Part shown: positions 28,986 through 38,537 of the stretch, piece after piece | How the letters are laid out: each line of letters starts with the position of its first letter | Numbering within the stretch: position 1 is the first letter of the stretch | Assembly (NCBI GenBank): GCA_964582615.1 | Contig: CAZORP010000003.1 | Span: 2,091-66,090, forward strand | DNA from: an uncultured Gammaproteobacteria bacterium | Lineage (GTDB): Bacteria > Patescibacteriota > Patescibacteriia > UBA9934 | Length of the DNA stretch: 64,000 nt | Direction: 5' to 3' | The notes under the pieces: generated by a model | The model's database searches: none | What the model was told of the DNA's origin: nothing | Seen by the model: the letters and a program-made list of their open reading frames with translations, nothing else | Program-made: the position numbers and the translations under genes

Positions 28986-29234
28986 TTATTGACGATAATA
29001 TTCTAATTTCTGCTCAAGAGAGCGAATTTTTGCAGACTGCACTCGTGTTGCGTACACCGATGTCACCAAAATGGTGGACAGCGAAAATACCAAGACAAGG
29101 AGAATTGCCGCGACCTCCATGCTTCCTACGGGAAGCGAGGAACACCCTGAACACTGTACGTGCTTTTTTTGAAGCACCGGATATACACCGGGTCGCTTCA
29201 TGAGCGCCCGAGACGATGATCGTGATGATGGCAT
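28986..29234 (-). CDS. small single-TM hypothetical protein
   Basis: 82 aa with a CxxC and one TM helix; fits tightly in the operon. Confidence 0.6.
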   Translation of the reverse strand: MPSSRSSSRALMKRPGVYPVLQKKHVQCSGCSSLPVGSMEVAAILLVLVFSLSTILVTSVYATRVQSAKIRSLEQKLEYYRQ

Positions 29235-29249
29235 AAAAGATTTTCTCTC

Positions 29250-29945
29250 TTAGTATACACGAGGGTTTTTGCATGCATTCCAAGAATGCTCATAAATTCG
29301 CAACATGGTTATCATATCTCCGTTCTCGTTTATACCAAGGTCGGCACGATCTTTTGTGAAAAACGACTGTTGAACAGCGTCACTACACCGCATGATACGC
29401 GAAACATTTTTCCGTACAGGAAATCCATTGCTTGGCGTAAAAATGATATTTTCTTGAATTGAAAAAATGTGGTCATCAACAACATTCACAGGAGGAATGT
29501 TCATCGGCAAGATCTCTTCATATTCAAGAGCGGGTCCAATACCATATATTCCGGTTTGGCGAAGATCCGCTTCATATCCACCTGGAACGCGAGCGATATC
29601 AAGAGGCTCCCAAAACCCCTCATCATGAAACGTATACCATGAAATATCATCTCCAAAATCCCCCTGAAGACGCACCGTTGCGGAGCGAACGGGAAGATCA
29701 TCCTGAGAAGATTCAGGATACTCAATACGATACACGCCTTGCATACCGCGCTCAAAACCGTCACCGAGATTATCAAGCTTTTCAATACGCATGACATCCT
29801 CAGTGTACCCCTCACCAAAAACAAGCACCTTCTCATCAGAAGACTCCGCCTCCCAATGTTCGGGGTCGGAAATAATAAGATGAAGACTTACAAGGGGAAC
29901 GATAAACACCCACAACGCCCCCAAAAAAACACTCGTGACTTTCAT
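29250..29945 (-). CDS. hypothetical exported protein
   Basis: 231 aa with an N-terminal hydrophobic segment. Confidence 0.6.
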   Translation of the reverse strand: MKVTSVFLGALWVFIVPLVSLHLIISDPEHWEAESSDEKVLVFGEGYTEDVMRIEKLDNLGDGFERGMQGVYRIEYPESSQDDLPVRSATVRLQGDFGDDISWYTFHDEGFWEPLDIARVPGGYEADLRQTGIYGIGPALEYEEILPMNIPPVNVVDDHIFSIQENIIFTPSNGFPVRKNVSRIMRCSDAVQQSFFTKDRADLGINENGDMITMLRIYEHSWNACKNPRVY

Positions 29946-29963
29946 GTCACTAGTGTACCTCGA

Positions 29964-31004
29964 CTACGCGTCCGCCTCCCAAGGCAGTGTTGATATGCCG
30001 ACACTTCCCGTTGAAACCATTGTCGCATACACGGGGCGACGAAGATAAAATCGCTCAACGATAGCCTCGGGACGAAAATCAAAACGCTTTGTTGCGATGG
30101 TAGTAAGATCACGACCATCTCCCCCAAGAACCTGCAGAGAAAGTGGCTCAGCAACGCCCGCAGTGTAGACAACCTGCACAAATACCTGATCGCTAAGCCC
30201 CTCACGAACGAATTGCCGCGCAACATATCGCGCCATGTATGTTCCCGATCGCGCAGGCTTGAGAGGATCCTTTCCCGCGAGTGCAACCCCTCCATGAGGG
30301 AGAAGCCCTCCATAGAAATCAGAAAGTACTTTTCTCCCAGAAACACCCGCATTCAAGAAAAATCCTCCCGATGTAAAAGGACCTGAGGGATTGATAAATA
30401 CCTGGACCCCCTCAACGAAAGATCCTAGTAACGGCTCAAGAACGTGCGTGTAGAGCAGTTGACGCACTTGATGCGCTTCAATTTCTTTCGCATGAGAAGC
30501 GATAACCGTGACATGCGTCATGCGATGATCATCAAAAACAATCTGCACCTTTCCGTCAGGCCGAAGCCAAGAAAAGCGATGATCGGTCATACGAAGCACA
30601 TCAATTCGCGCGGCAATGCTTCGCGCATACACCACGGGCATCGGGAGCATTTCTCGCGTCTTATTCGTTGCGTAACCATAGACAATCGCGGTTCCCTGAG
30701 CGCCTCGCGTTTCCGATCGCCCATGTTGCGGCTTGGGCTTTTCAATGTTTACAAAAAATTCGGGAGTATCCTCGTACCCAAGCGTCGCGTACGCCTCACG
30801 AACAACATCTCCAACCGCAAAATCAGCCTGAGACGTCACCACGCCGCCAACCATCACCATACCAGACGTTCCAAGTGCCTGTATGTCCATTGAAGAAAAT
30901 GGGTCACGTCGAAGATACTCGTCGACAATTGATTCAACGAGAAGATCGCAGACTTTATCGGGATGGCCAAGGAATGGAACCTCGACAGCCTTTTTCATGC
31001 CCAT
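29964..31004 (-). CDS. metK: divergent methionine adenosyltransferase homologue
   Basis: GHPDKVCD, GYATN, LRPDGKVQ, INPSG, GRK and GKDP are kept, but several catalytic residues are altered. Confidence 0.8.
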   Translation of the reverse strand: MGMKKAVEVPFLGHPDKVCDLLVESIVDEYLRRDPFSSMDIQALGTSGMVMVGGVVTSQADFAVGDVVREAYATLGYEDTPEFFVNIEKPKPQHGRSETRGAQGTAIVYGYATNKTREMLPMPVVYARSIAARIDVLRMTDHRFSWLRPDGKVQIVFDDHRMTHVTVIASHAKEIEAHQVRQLLYTHVLEPLLGSFVEGVQVFINPSGPFTSGGFFLNAGVSGRKVLSDFYGGLLPHGGVALAGKDPLKPARSGTYMARYVARQFVREGLSDQVFVQVVYTAGVAEPLSLQVLGGDGRDLTTIATKRFDFRPEAIVERFYLRRPVYATMVSTGSVGISTLPWEADA

Positions 31005-31057
31005 AAAAGAAACTTGGCAGCACGGTAGCAAAAAACGCCCATATACGCACGCCAACC

Positions 31058-31066
31058 TTATCCACA
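31058..31066 (+). promoter_or_regulatory. consensus DnaA box
   Basis: TTATCCACA in the metK-lexA intergenic region. Confidence 0.4.
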
Positions 31067-31080
31067 CCTTCAAGGTTACG

Positions 31081-31100
31081 TGTTCGTATTTTGTTCGTAT
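31081..31100 (+). promoter_or_regulatory. putative LexA operator (direct repeat GTTC-N7-GTTC)
   Basis: TGTTCGTAT occurs twice with 11-bp period and overlaps the TATACT -10 element (31098-31103) of lexA. Confidence 0.75.
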
Positions 31101-31129
31101 ACTAACGTTATCAAGCGGATACCAACCCT

Positions 31130-31744
31130 ATGCTTCCCCCTCTTACAAAACAACAACGCCGTGTACTTACCACTATCGAAGCGTTCGTACAAGAACACGG
31201 CTACACACCTTCCTACCGAGAAATCGCCAGCATCCTTGGACTTTCCTCACCTGCCACCGTACATCAACACATTCGCGCACTCTGCGAAAAAGGCGTTATC
31301 AATACTGGCGATCACGGCATTGCTCGCTCTATTGAAGTTGTAGAAACCGAACCGCTTACCCCCGTCGCTATCATGCTTCCTCTTTCGGGACTTATCACCG
31401 CAGGAGAGCCCATAGAAGCTATCGAGGACCGTGATTCAATTGCCGTTCCTTCAGATTTTGTTGTTGACGCAATGAATTCTTACGTTCTCAAGGTTAAGGG
31501 AAGATCCATGATTGATGACGGTATCTTCGATGGAGACTATGTCATCATCGAACGCAATCCTTCCCCAAAAAATGGAGACATTGTCGTGGCCCTACTTGAT
31601 AGTACCTATGCTACATTAAAGCGATTCTATAAAGAGCCAGGCCGCATTCGCCTTCAACCAGCAAATAGCACCATGGAACCTATCTACGTATACGGCGACA
31701 TGAACATTCAAGGCATTGTCCGAGCAGTCCTGCGCAAGTGCTAA
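31130..31744 (+). CDS. lexA: SOS repressor LexA
   Basis: PSYREIA HTH, AG cleavage site (ITAGEP), catalytic GRSM and ATLKR motifs. Confidence 0.98.
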   Translation: MLPPLTKQQRRVLTTIEAFVQEHGYTPSYREIASILGLSSPATVHQHIRALCEKGVINTGDHGIARSIEVVETEPLTPVAIMLPLSGLITAGEPIEAIEDRDSIAVPSDFVVDAMNSYVLKVKGRSMIDDGIFDGDYVIIERNPSPKNGDIVVALLDSTYATLKRFYKEPGRIRLQPANSTMEPIYVYGDMNIQGIVRAVLRKC

Positions 31745-33009
31745 GCAACGCGCACCTCCTCTTCAATTTCAAGAAGTCGATTATATTTCGCTAAACGCTC
31801 AGAGCGCGAAGGCGCTCCAGCTTTAATGTATTCCGCGCGAACCGCAACCGCAATATCGGAGATCGTTGCATCGGGAGTTTCCCCGGAACGATGCGAGAGC
31901 ACCACGTGATAGCGATGCTTTTGCGCAAGTTCTATAGTTTCAAGCGTTTCGCTTAGCGTACCAATTTGATTTGGCTTGATAAGAACCGCATTAGCCACAC
32001 CTTCGGAAATACCCCTCTGCAAACGGTCAGGATTGGTCACAAAAAGATCATCACCAACAAGTAAGAGATCTTTTCCTAAACGGCGCGTGAACACCTTCCA
32101 TTCGTCCCACGCATCTTCACTGAGCCCGTCTTCAAGTAAAAGAAGTGGGTACGACGACGCCCACTGCTCATACATATGCGTTAGCTCAGAAGCTGAAAGC
32201 GTCTTTCTTTCCGCGGCAAGAAGGTACGTTTCGGTTCTCCCATCAAAAAATTCGCTCGATGCGGCATCAATGCCAAAGCCCACTTGAGATCCCAATCGAT
32301 ATTTTGCTCGCTTTACCGCTTTGCTTAAAAACTGAAGCGCGTCTTCAGTTTTTCCGACTTCCGGAGCGTATCCACCCTCATTTCCCACATCAGTATCAAG
32401 ACCTTCTTCGTGCAAAATATCCCCCAAAGCATGAAAGATTTCACTCCCCGCCTGAAGTTTTCTTGCAAATGACGTGAATCCATGAGGAATAACCATAAAC
32501 TCCTGCATGTCGAGATTAGTATCAGCGTGACGCCCCCCATTGAATACATTCATGAGTGGCGTTGGCATGCGAAATCCCTTATGCGAAAGAGCAAACGCTT
32601 CGCGAAGATGGCGATACAGCGGAAGATGAGAACTCTTTGCCGCCGCATGGGCATTTGCAAGCGAAACTCCAAGAATTGCGTTTGCTCCAAAAATTCTTTT
32701 CTCAGGAGTGCCGTCAAGAATCCTCATCGCGTCATCAAGACCACGCTGATCTGCGGAATCCATCCCCTTAAGCGCAGGCGCAATGCGTCGATGAATATGC
32801 TCTATCGCCTTACGAACACCAAGTCCACGATAGCGACGCTTATCACCGTCGCGCAATTCATGCGCTTCGTGCGTACCCGTTGAGGCTCCCGACGGAACAC
32901 TCGCCGATCCGCGAGCGCCACTTTTTAACGTAACCTGAACATGTACGGTAGGATTTCCGCGAGAATCTAGAATTTCTTGAGCGTGAATATCGGCAATGCG
33001 ATCGACCAT
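31741..33009 (-). CDS. eno: enolase
   Basis: DSRGNPT, VPSGASTG, VGDDLFVTN, LIKPNQIGTL and SHRSGET motifs. Confidence 0.99.
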   Translation of the reverse strand: MVDRIADIHAQEILDSRGNPTVHVQVTLKSGARGSASVPSGASTGTHEAHELRDGDKRRYRGLGVRKAIEHIHRRIAPALKGMDSADQRGLDDAMRILDGTPEKRIFGANAILGVSLANAHAAAKSSHLPLYRHLREAFALSHKGFRMPTPLMNVFNGGRHADTNLDMQEFMVIPHGFTSFARKLQAGSEIFHALGDILHEEGLDTDVGNEGGYAPEVGKTEDALQFLSKAVKRAKYRLGSQVGFGIDAASSEFFDGRTETYLLAAERKTLSASELTHMYEQWASSYPLLLLEDGLSEDAWDEWKVFTRRLGKDLLLVGDDLFVTNPDRLQRGISEGVANAVLIKPNQIGTLSETLETIELAQKHRYHVVLSHRSGETPDATISDIAVAVRAEYIKAGAPSRSERLAKYNRLLEIEEEVRVA

Positions 33010-33013
33010 ATCC

Positions 33014-33802
33014 TTACTTCAGGCCGTATCCTACGTAAACATCAATAACAACTTTATCTTCACCCATGGCAATATCTGGAGCGGTCGCTTCGGGAACTGA
33101 AGAATCTTTTGCGTACATATCAAACGAGGCGTACACAGGATACATACCCCCCGAGCTACTTTCGCTATACGATTGAACGTCGCCAAGTGATTGACCAAGA
33201 TCGCGTGCAATTGCCTCCGCTTGGAGTCGAGCTCGAGCGATGGCTTCACTGCGAGCCTCGTTTTCAGCCTCAGTTCTATCTTCAGCTTCAAAACGAAGAC
33301 TACCAACATTCGTTGCACCAAGTGCCGACGCCTGACGAAGTACCTCGTTCACCTTGTCCGCGTCCCGCATCTTTACCGTAAGCATTTGTGTTGCTTCGTA
33401 GCCAACAATCTCGGATTGTCCGTCAGTGTACTGATATTGCGGATAGACACTGTATGACGACGTCGCGAGATCGCCGTCGGTAATTCCCAAGTTCTTCACC
33501 GCTTCAGTGAATGACTTCATGAAAACATTCACCTTTTCTTGCGCGGCGCTTGGAGTCTCCGCTTGAATCGTCATACCAACATCAACTGTTGCAATGTTTC
33601 TTGCGATCGTTGCTTCTCCAGATGCATGAAGGGAGATCATTGGTGCTGACTGTGGCAAAATACCCACAAGACGGGCTTCTTGGTATTGGCGATATCCATA
33701 CATTGCAAGCGCAAATACTGCACCGCAACATACAGCGCTCTTAACTACCAAAAAAAGACGGGATGACTCGCAACAAGAGAGAAGTTGAGATGATGATGGC
33801 AT
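33014..33802 (-). CDS. SIMPL (DUF541) domain protein
   Basis: TM anchor; YSVYPQY..GYEA, GATNVGSLRF and EAIARAR..A motifs. Confidence 0.9.
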   Translation of the reverse strand: MPSSSQLLSCCESSRLFLVVKSAVCCGAVFALAMYGYRQYQEARLVGILPQSAPMISLHASGEATIARNIATVDVGMTIQAETPSAAQEKVNVFMKSFTEAVKNLGITDGDLATSSYSVYPQYQYTDGQSEIVGYEATQMLTVKMRDADKVNEVLRQASALGATNVGSLRFEAEDRTEAENEARSEAIARARLQAEAIARDLGQSLGDVQSYSESSSGGMYPVYASFDMYAKDSSVPEATAPDIAMGEDKVVIDVYVGYGLK

Positions 33803-33882
33803 AGAAAAATTTTTCTCCATCATATCACGGAACACTATACCTCTTGGGCATATTCTGATAAGGTATACTTCTTCTATTACGT

Positions 33883-35502
33883 ATGCCTGAGAGCGCCAAC
33901 CACCATCACCACCAAACTCCGCACGAGGACCCCAAACACGAGAACCCCCTCACCCCCTCGCACGTGCACATCGCATCAGCGGACCTTCCCCCTCAAGAAC
34001 CCAAAAAAAGAATTTTTGGTGGAAAAAAGTGGATAGGAATATTCCTTGGAATAACCTTCACACTTGGAGCTGGCATGTACGGGATTACGCACACTACACC
34101 AAGTGAAGTAGAGGGAAAGAGTACATCCCTATTCTCCTCACTCCACCACCTCGTAGGATCTTCATCGCGATCAGCAGACGCGGCCGCAGATGATCGAATC
34201 ACTATTCTCCTTCTTGGCATTGGCGGCGCTGGGCACGCCGGAGGACAACTTACCGACACCATGATGCTCGCCAGCTTTCAACCATCCACGGGAAACGTTG
34301 GCATGATCTCCATTCCCCGAGATCTCACGCTTCCCATCGATGGTCATGGCTATGGAAAAATTAACGCCGTTCATGCTTACGCCGAGCAAGACGATACAGG
34401 AAGCGGTATGGATGCCATATCCTCAGTGTTGGAAGATATTTTTTCTACAACCATTGACTATACTGTAAAAGTTGATTTCTCGAGCTTCGAAGAGCTTATC
34501 GACGCCATTGGCGGTGTTCGCGTCTATGTTACACGATCGTTCACCGATCCCGAATACCCCATCGATGGCATGGAAGATGCCGAGTGTCCCCCATCCGAAG
34601 ATCCAAGCGCATACCCCTATGCATGTCGCTATGAGGCACTTTCTTTTACACAGGGGTGGACGACCATGAACGGCGCAACTGCGCTTAAATACGCCCGATC
34701 TCGCCACGGAAACAATGGCGAAGGCTCTGATTTTGCACGCGCGGCACGACAACAAAACATCATGCTCGCGGTTCGAGAACAGCTCCTCTCGCTTGGAGTC
34801 CTCTTGAATCCCAAAAAACTCCAAAACATCGCAACAGTGATTGATAAAAATGTCAGTACGACACTTTCCTTCTGGGAAATGGTTGATTTGGCTCAATATA
34901 TCGACGATATCAACACTACATCAATGGCAACCCATGTCATTGACGGATCCAGTGGACTCGTCTATAACAGCACCCTCAACGGAGCCTACGTTCTTCTCCC
35001 AAAACACGAGGATTGGAGAGACTTTAAATCCCTCGCTGAACACATCTTTACCGCAACAACACCTTCTTCAGGTAGCGCGCAAGAATCCCCATCGGGATCA
35101 CAGATTCCAACAACGCAGGCAATATCACTAGCTACAGTTGCTGTCGAAAACGGAACACCAACTGCAGGTCTCGCGGCTCAAACCGCTCAGCTTCTTGAAA
35201 GCTCGGGCTATAGGGTAACCTCTGTGGGAAATGCCAAGGAAACTTCATGGGAACAAACCACGATTATTGACTTCAGTGAAGGAAAGAAATCCGAAGCGCT
35301 TGCCCAGCTTCAAGCCTACCTGCGGGCCGACGTTATCATGTCGAGTTCCGGAGCTCTTGCCGCTAAACACGTCATTCCACAAGTCATCTGGAGCACAAAA
35401 GACATCTCTGCCTACCGCGCAGATTCAACAACCGATTTCCTTATTATTCTCGGCTCTAACACCGAAAACTTCGTTCGATCATCATCATCGTATGCCTACT
35501 AA
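33883..35502 (+). CDS. LCP (LytR-CpsA-Psr) family protein with LytR C-terminal domain
   Basis: TDTMML, SIPRDL, KINA, ARSRH, SDFARAARQQ and VENGT..GLA motifs. Confidence 0.95.
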   Translation: MPESANHHHHQTPHEDPKHENPLTPSHVHIASADLPPQEPKKRIFGGKKWIGIFLGITFTLGAGMYGITHTTPSEVEGKSTSLFSSLHHLVGSSSRSADAAADDRITILLLGIGGAGHAGGQLTDTMMLASFQPSTGNVGMISIPRDLTLPIDGHGYGKINAVHAYAEQDDTGSGMDAISSVLEDIFSTTIDYTVKVDFSSFEELIDAIGGVRVYVTRSFTDPEYPIDGMEDAECPPSEDPSAYPYACRYEALSFTQGWTTMNGATALKYARSRHGNNGEGSDFARAARQQNIMLAVREQLLSLGVLLNPKKLQNIATVIDKNVSTTLSFWEMVDLAQYIDDINTTSMATHVIDGSSGLVYNSTLNGAYVLLPKHEDWRDFKSLAEHIFTATTPSSGSAQESPSGSQIPTTQAISLATVAVENGTPTAGLAAQTAQLLESSGYRVTSVGNAKETSWEQTTIIDFSEGKKSEALAQLQAYLRADVIMSSSGALAAKHVIPQVIWSTKDISAYRADSTTDFLIILGSNTENFVRSSSSYAY

Positions 35503-36865
35503 TCCTCCTCGCATCGCCATTATCGGCCGCGCAAACGTGGGAAAATCTTCCCTCTTCAATCGCATGATCGAAGAACAGAAATCACTTGTATCGCAAATTT
35601 CAGGAACAACGAGAGATCGTTTCGAAGCTGACTGTATCTGGAAAGGCAGTGTGCTTCGTCTTATTGACACTGGAGGTCTAGACGCGAATGTTCTTGATGA
35701 CGTCGAGAAACACATTGTCGAGCAAGCAGAAATCGCCATCAAAGAAGCTGATGCGCTCTTTTTCGTTGTGGACATCACCGTTCCTCCAACCCCCGTTGAT
35801 TTTGCCATTGCACAACGCGTCCGAGCACTAAAAAAGCCCGTGCTCGTTCTTGCAAATAAAGCTGACAACAAAGAACTTCGCGCAAGTCTTCTAACGCCAG
35901 CATGGCGCGCATGGCCAATTGCCAAACCGCTTGCCGTGAGCGCGAAACGCGGAACTGGCGTTGGAGATGCCCTCGAAGAAGCAACCGAAATGCTTATAAA
36001 GGCGGGAAAGCCTCCCGTTGCAGTGTCTTCGGTGAGTCCTATTCGCATTGCTGTGTTTGGAGAACCGAATGTTGGAAAGTCTACACTTCTCAATACACTC
36101 ATTGGCGAAAAGCGTTTTATTACCGCAAACATGCCACATACGACGCGACAGCCAAATGATGTTCTCTTCGAGCACGAAGGCGCGCTCTATCAGTTCATCG
36201 ATACTCCCGGAGTTCGAAAGCACGCAAGCATGATGCGCTCAGGAAACGCGCTTGAACGTATTGGAGTTGATAAAACTCTCGACACCCTCGATCGTGCAGA
36301 TGTCGCACTTTTCGTCCTTGATATTACACGAGGCATTACCGCGCAAGACCGTCATCTTGCAGGAATTCTTGCTGAAAAAGGCATTTCTACGGTTATCATT
36401 GCAAACAAATGGGATCTCATACCCAAGAAAACTCCAACAACCATCAACGACCAAGAAGAGATCGTTCGAGGATTCTTACCTCAGCTAAAGTACGCTCCGA
36501 TTCTCTTTACCTCAGCACTCACTGGACAGCGCGCACAGGATGTCTTTGAGCATATCAACCACGTTTTTACAACGCGCTTCACACAACTCTCCGACGAAGA
36601 GTCAAAAGCGTTTATCGCAAAAGCAATCGCTCGTCATCGTCCAAGTCGCGGAAAGGGAGTCAAACATCCTCGTATTATTTCCTTCTTCCAATCACGAGTA
36701 AACCCTCCTACGTTTACACTTTTCGTAAACCTTTCACGAAAAGATTCTCTCGCGGATTCATACCTTCGTTTTCTTGAAAACATTCTTCGAGACGCTTATG
36801 ATTTCACCGGAACCCCTATGCGCATTCGCGTAGAAACTGGAAGAAAATCTCACACAACGTACTAA
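35492..36865 (+). CDS. der: ribosome biogenesis GTPase Der (EngA)
   Basis: Tandem G domains (GRANVGKSS, DTGG, NKAD; GEPNVGKST, DTPG, NKWD). Confidence 0.97.
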   Translation: MPTNPPRIAIIGRANVGKSSLFNRMIEEQKSLVSQISGTTRDRFEADCIWKGSVLRLIDTGGLDANVLDDVEKHIVEQAEIAIKEADALFFVVDITVPPTPVDFAIAQRVRALKKPVLVLANKADNKELRASLLTPAWRAWPIAKPLAVSAKRGTGVGDALEEATEMLIKAGKPPVAVSSVSPIRIAVFGEPNVGKSTLLNTLIGEKRFITANMPHTTRQPNDVLFEHEGALYQFIDTPGVRKHASMMRSGNALERIGVDKTLDTLDRADVALFVLDITRGITAQDRHLAGILAEKGISTVIIANKWDLIPKKTPTTINDQEEIVRGFLPQLKYAPILFTSALTGQRAQDVFEHINHVFTTRFTQLSDEESKAFIAKAIARHRPSRGKGVKHPRIISFFQSRVNPPTFTLFVNLSRKDSLADSYLRFLENILRDAYDFTGTPMRIRVETGRKSHTTY

Positions 36866-36873
36866 CCTTACCT

Positions 36874-37458
36874 ATGCATCTTATCGTGGGCTTGGGAAAT
36901 CCAGGAGCACTTTATGAAAAAACCCGCCACAACGCGGGTTTTCTTGCGCTCGACACCTTACAAAAACTCCTTCCCGAGGCATCTCCCTGGAAACAGGATG
37001 CTGGTCAGGAGGCATGGATAAGTCTCGCAACCATCGAAGGACATCGCGTTGCACTTATAAAACCAACGACGTTCATGAACCTTTCAGGGAGGGCTGTTCA
37101 AAAAATTTCCGCATTTTACCGAGTAAATCCTCAAGAAATTCTTTGCATTTCCGACGACACAACACTCCAGACAGGAACTTTGCGCATACGAGCTCAAGGA
37201 AGTTCCGGTGGGCACAACGGTCTCAAGTCACTCATCGCATCACTTGGAACTGAAACTTTCTGGAGAATCCGTGTAGGCGTTGGAAGCCCTCCTTCACACA
37301 TTCCCCTTGAAACTTGGGTTCTTCAAAGATTGCCATCGGAAGACCTCGATCTTCTTCGTGATCGAAGTGAACTCCTCATAACATACCTCACACATTTTGT
37401 GTGTGGTAAGCTCACCGAGCAAACACTTCCCATGCCTCCAAGCTCCCCGCTTGCATGA
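36874..37458 (+). CDS. pth: peptidyl-tRNA hydrolase
   Basis: IVGLGNPG, TRHNAG, KPTTFMNLSG and GGHNGLKS motifs. Confidence 0.98.
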   Translation: MHLIVGLGNPGALYEKTRHNAGFLALDTLQKLLPEASPWKQDAGQEAWISLATIEGHRVALIKPTTFMNLSGRAVQKISAFYRVNPQEILCISDDTTLQTGTLRIRAQGSSGGHNGLKSLIASLGTETFWRIRVGVGSPPSHIPLETWVLQRLPSEDLDLLRDRSELLITYLTHFVCGKLTEQTLPMPPSSPLA

Positions 37459-38537
37459 GTTATCACCCACTCGACGCACTTCCCTTCTTTCCCCAGTGGT
37501 CCCCTCGGTTTTTACGAATTCTCAACCTCCATATTCCCAATTTACATCTCCTTCTTGAAGGAGATTTTCTTGAGCTTTCCCCGTTTTTTCCCAATGCCCA
37601 CGATCTTTTATGGAATTTTCTCAACTGGAGAACGTGCGGGGGCCTTCTTGAGGCCACTGCCCATCTCGACCGCCTTTCCCTTACAGTCACCCACCGCGAT
37701 AATGCGGCATTTCCGGAACTTCTACGAACCATTCACACGCCACCAATTCTTCTTTACGGAAGAACTCCTCAACCCAAAAAAACTTGGTACGCTATCGTAG
37801 GATCACGAGCGGCGACGGCATACGGAACCATGCACGCCTCTGCCTTTGGAGCGCAACTCGCCCTCCATGATATCGGCCTTATTACAGGCCTCGCACGAGG
37901 CATTGACACGGCGGCAATTCACGGATGCCTGAAGCAGGGCGGCACAGTTCTTGCCGTACTCGCAGGAGGACATGCACACATGAGCTCGTCAGAAAAAGCT
38001 CTCGCACAGGAAATAGAAGCGCATGGGGGCGCTGTTATTTCGGAACGACCCCCGGAATACGAGCCAAAGTCATACGACTTCCCCATTCGCAATAGGATTA
38101 TCGCTGGATGCGCCGAAAAGATTCTTCTTTGTGAGGCAAAAGAAAAAAGTGGATCGCTTATTACCGCTCGTTATGGCATCGAAGAGCATCGCGACGTCTT
38201 TGTCATTCCAGGAAGAACAACGGATGCGGAAAGTCGAGGTTGTAACCTCCTCCTTCAAGAGGGCGCCAATCTTTGCCTTTCTTTTGAAGATTTTCTTGGC
38301 TTTTCCCCACAAAAAGAGCAAAAAACACCAGTTCAATCGCATAAAGAACCCCAAACCATGACCAGCGACCTTCATCACAATCTTTGGCAGGCGCTTTGCC
38401 AAAATCCCAAAACTTTTGATAGTCTGGTAGAATGTACCCGAGCTCCCGAAGGAAAAGTTGCAGGAATTCTTAATATTTGGGAAATTGAAGGGTCCGTCGC
38501 CTTGCGCGAGGGAACGTATCACTCGGTGTCTGTATGA
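37455..38537 (+). CDS. dprA: DNA-processing protein DprA
   Basis: AIVGSR, GLARGID, FPIRNRIIAG and SGSLITA motifs. Confidence 0.96.
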   Translation: MSYHPLDALPFFPQWSPRFLRILNLHIPNLHLLLEGDFLELSPFFPNAHDLLWNFLNWRTCGGLLEATAHLDRLSLTVTHRDNAAFPELLRTIHTPPILLYGRTPQPKKTWYAIVGSRAATAYGTMHASAFGAQLALHDIGLITGLARGIDTAAIHGCLKQGGTVLAVLAGGHAHMSSSEKALAQEIEAHGGAVISERPPEYEPKSYDFPIRNRIIAGCAEKILLCEAKEKSGSLITARYGIEEHRDVFVIPGRTTDAESRGCNLLLQEGANLCLSFEDFLGFSPQKEQKTPVQSHKEPQTMTSDLHHNLWQALCQNPKTFDSLVECTRAPEGKVAGILNIWEIEGSVALREGTYHSVSV

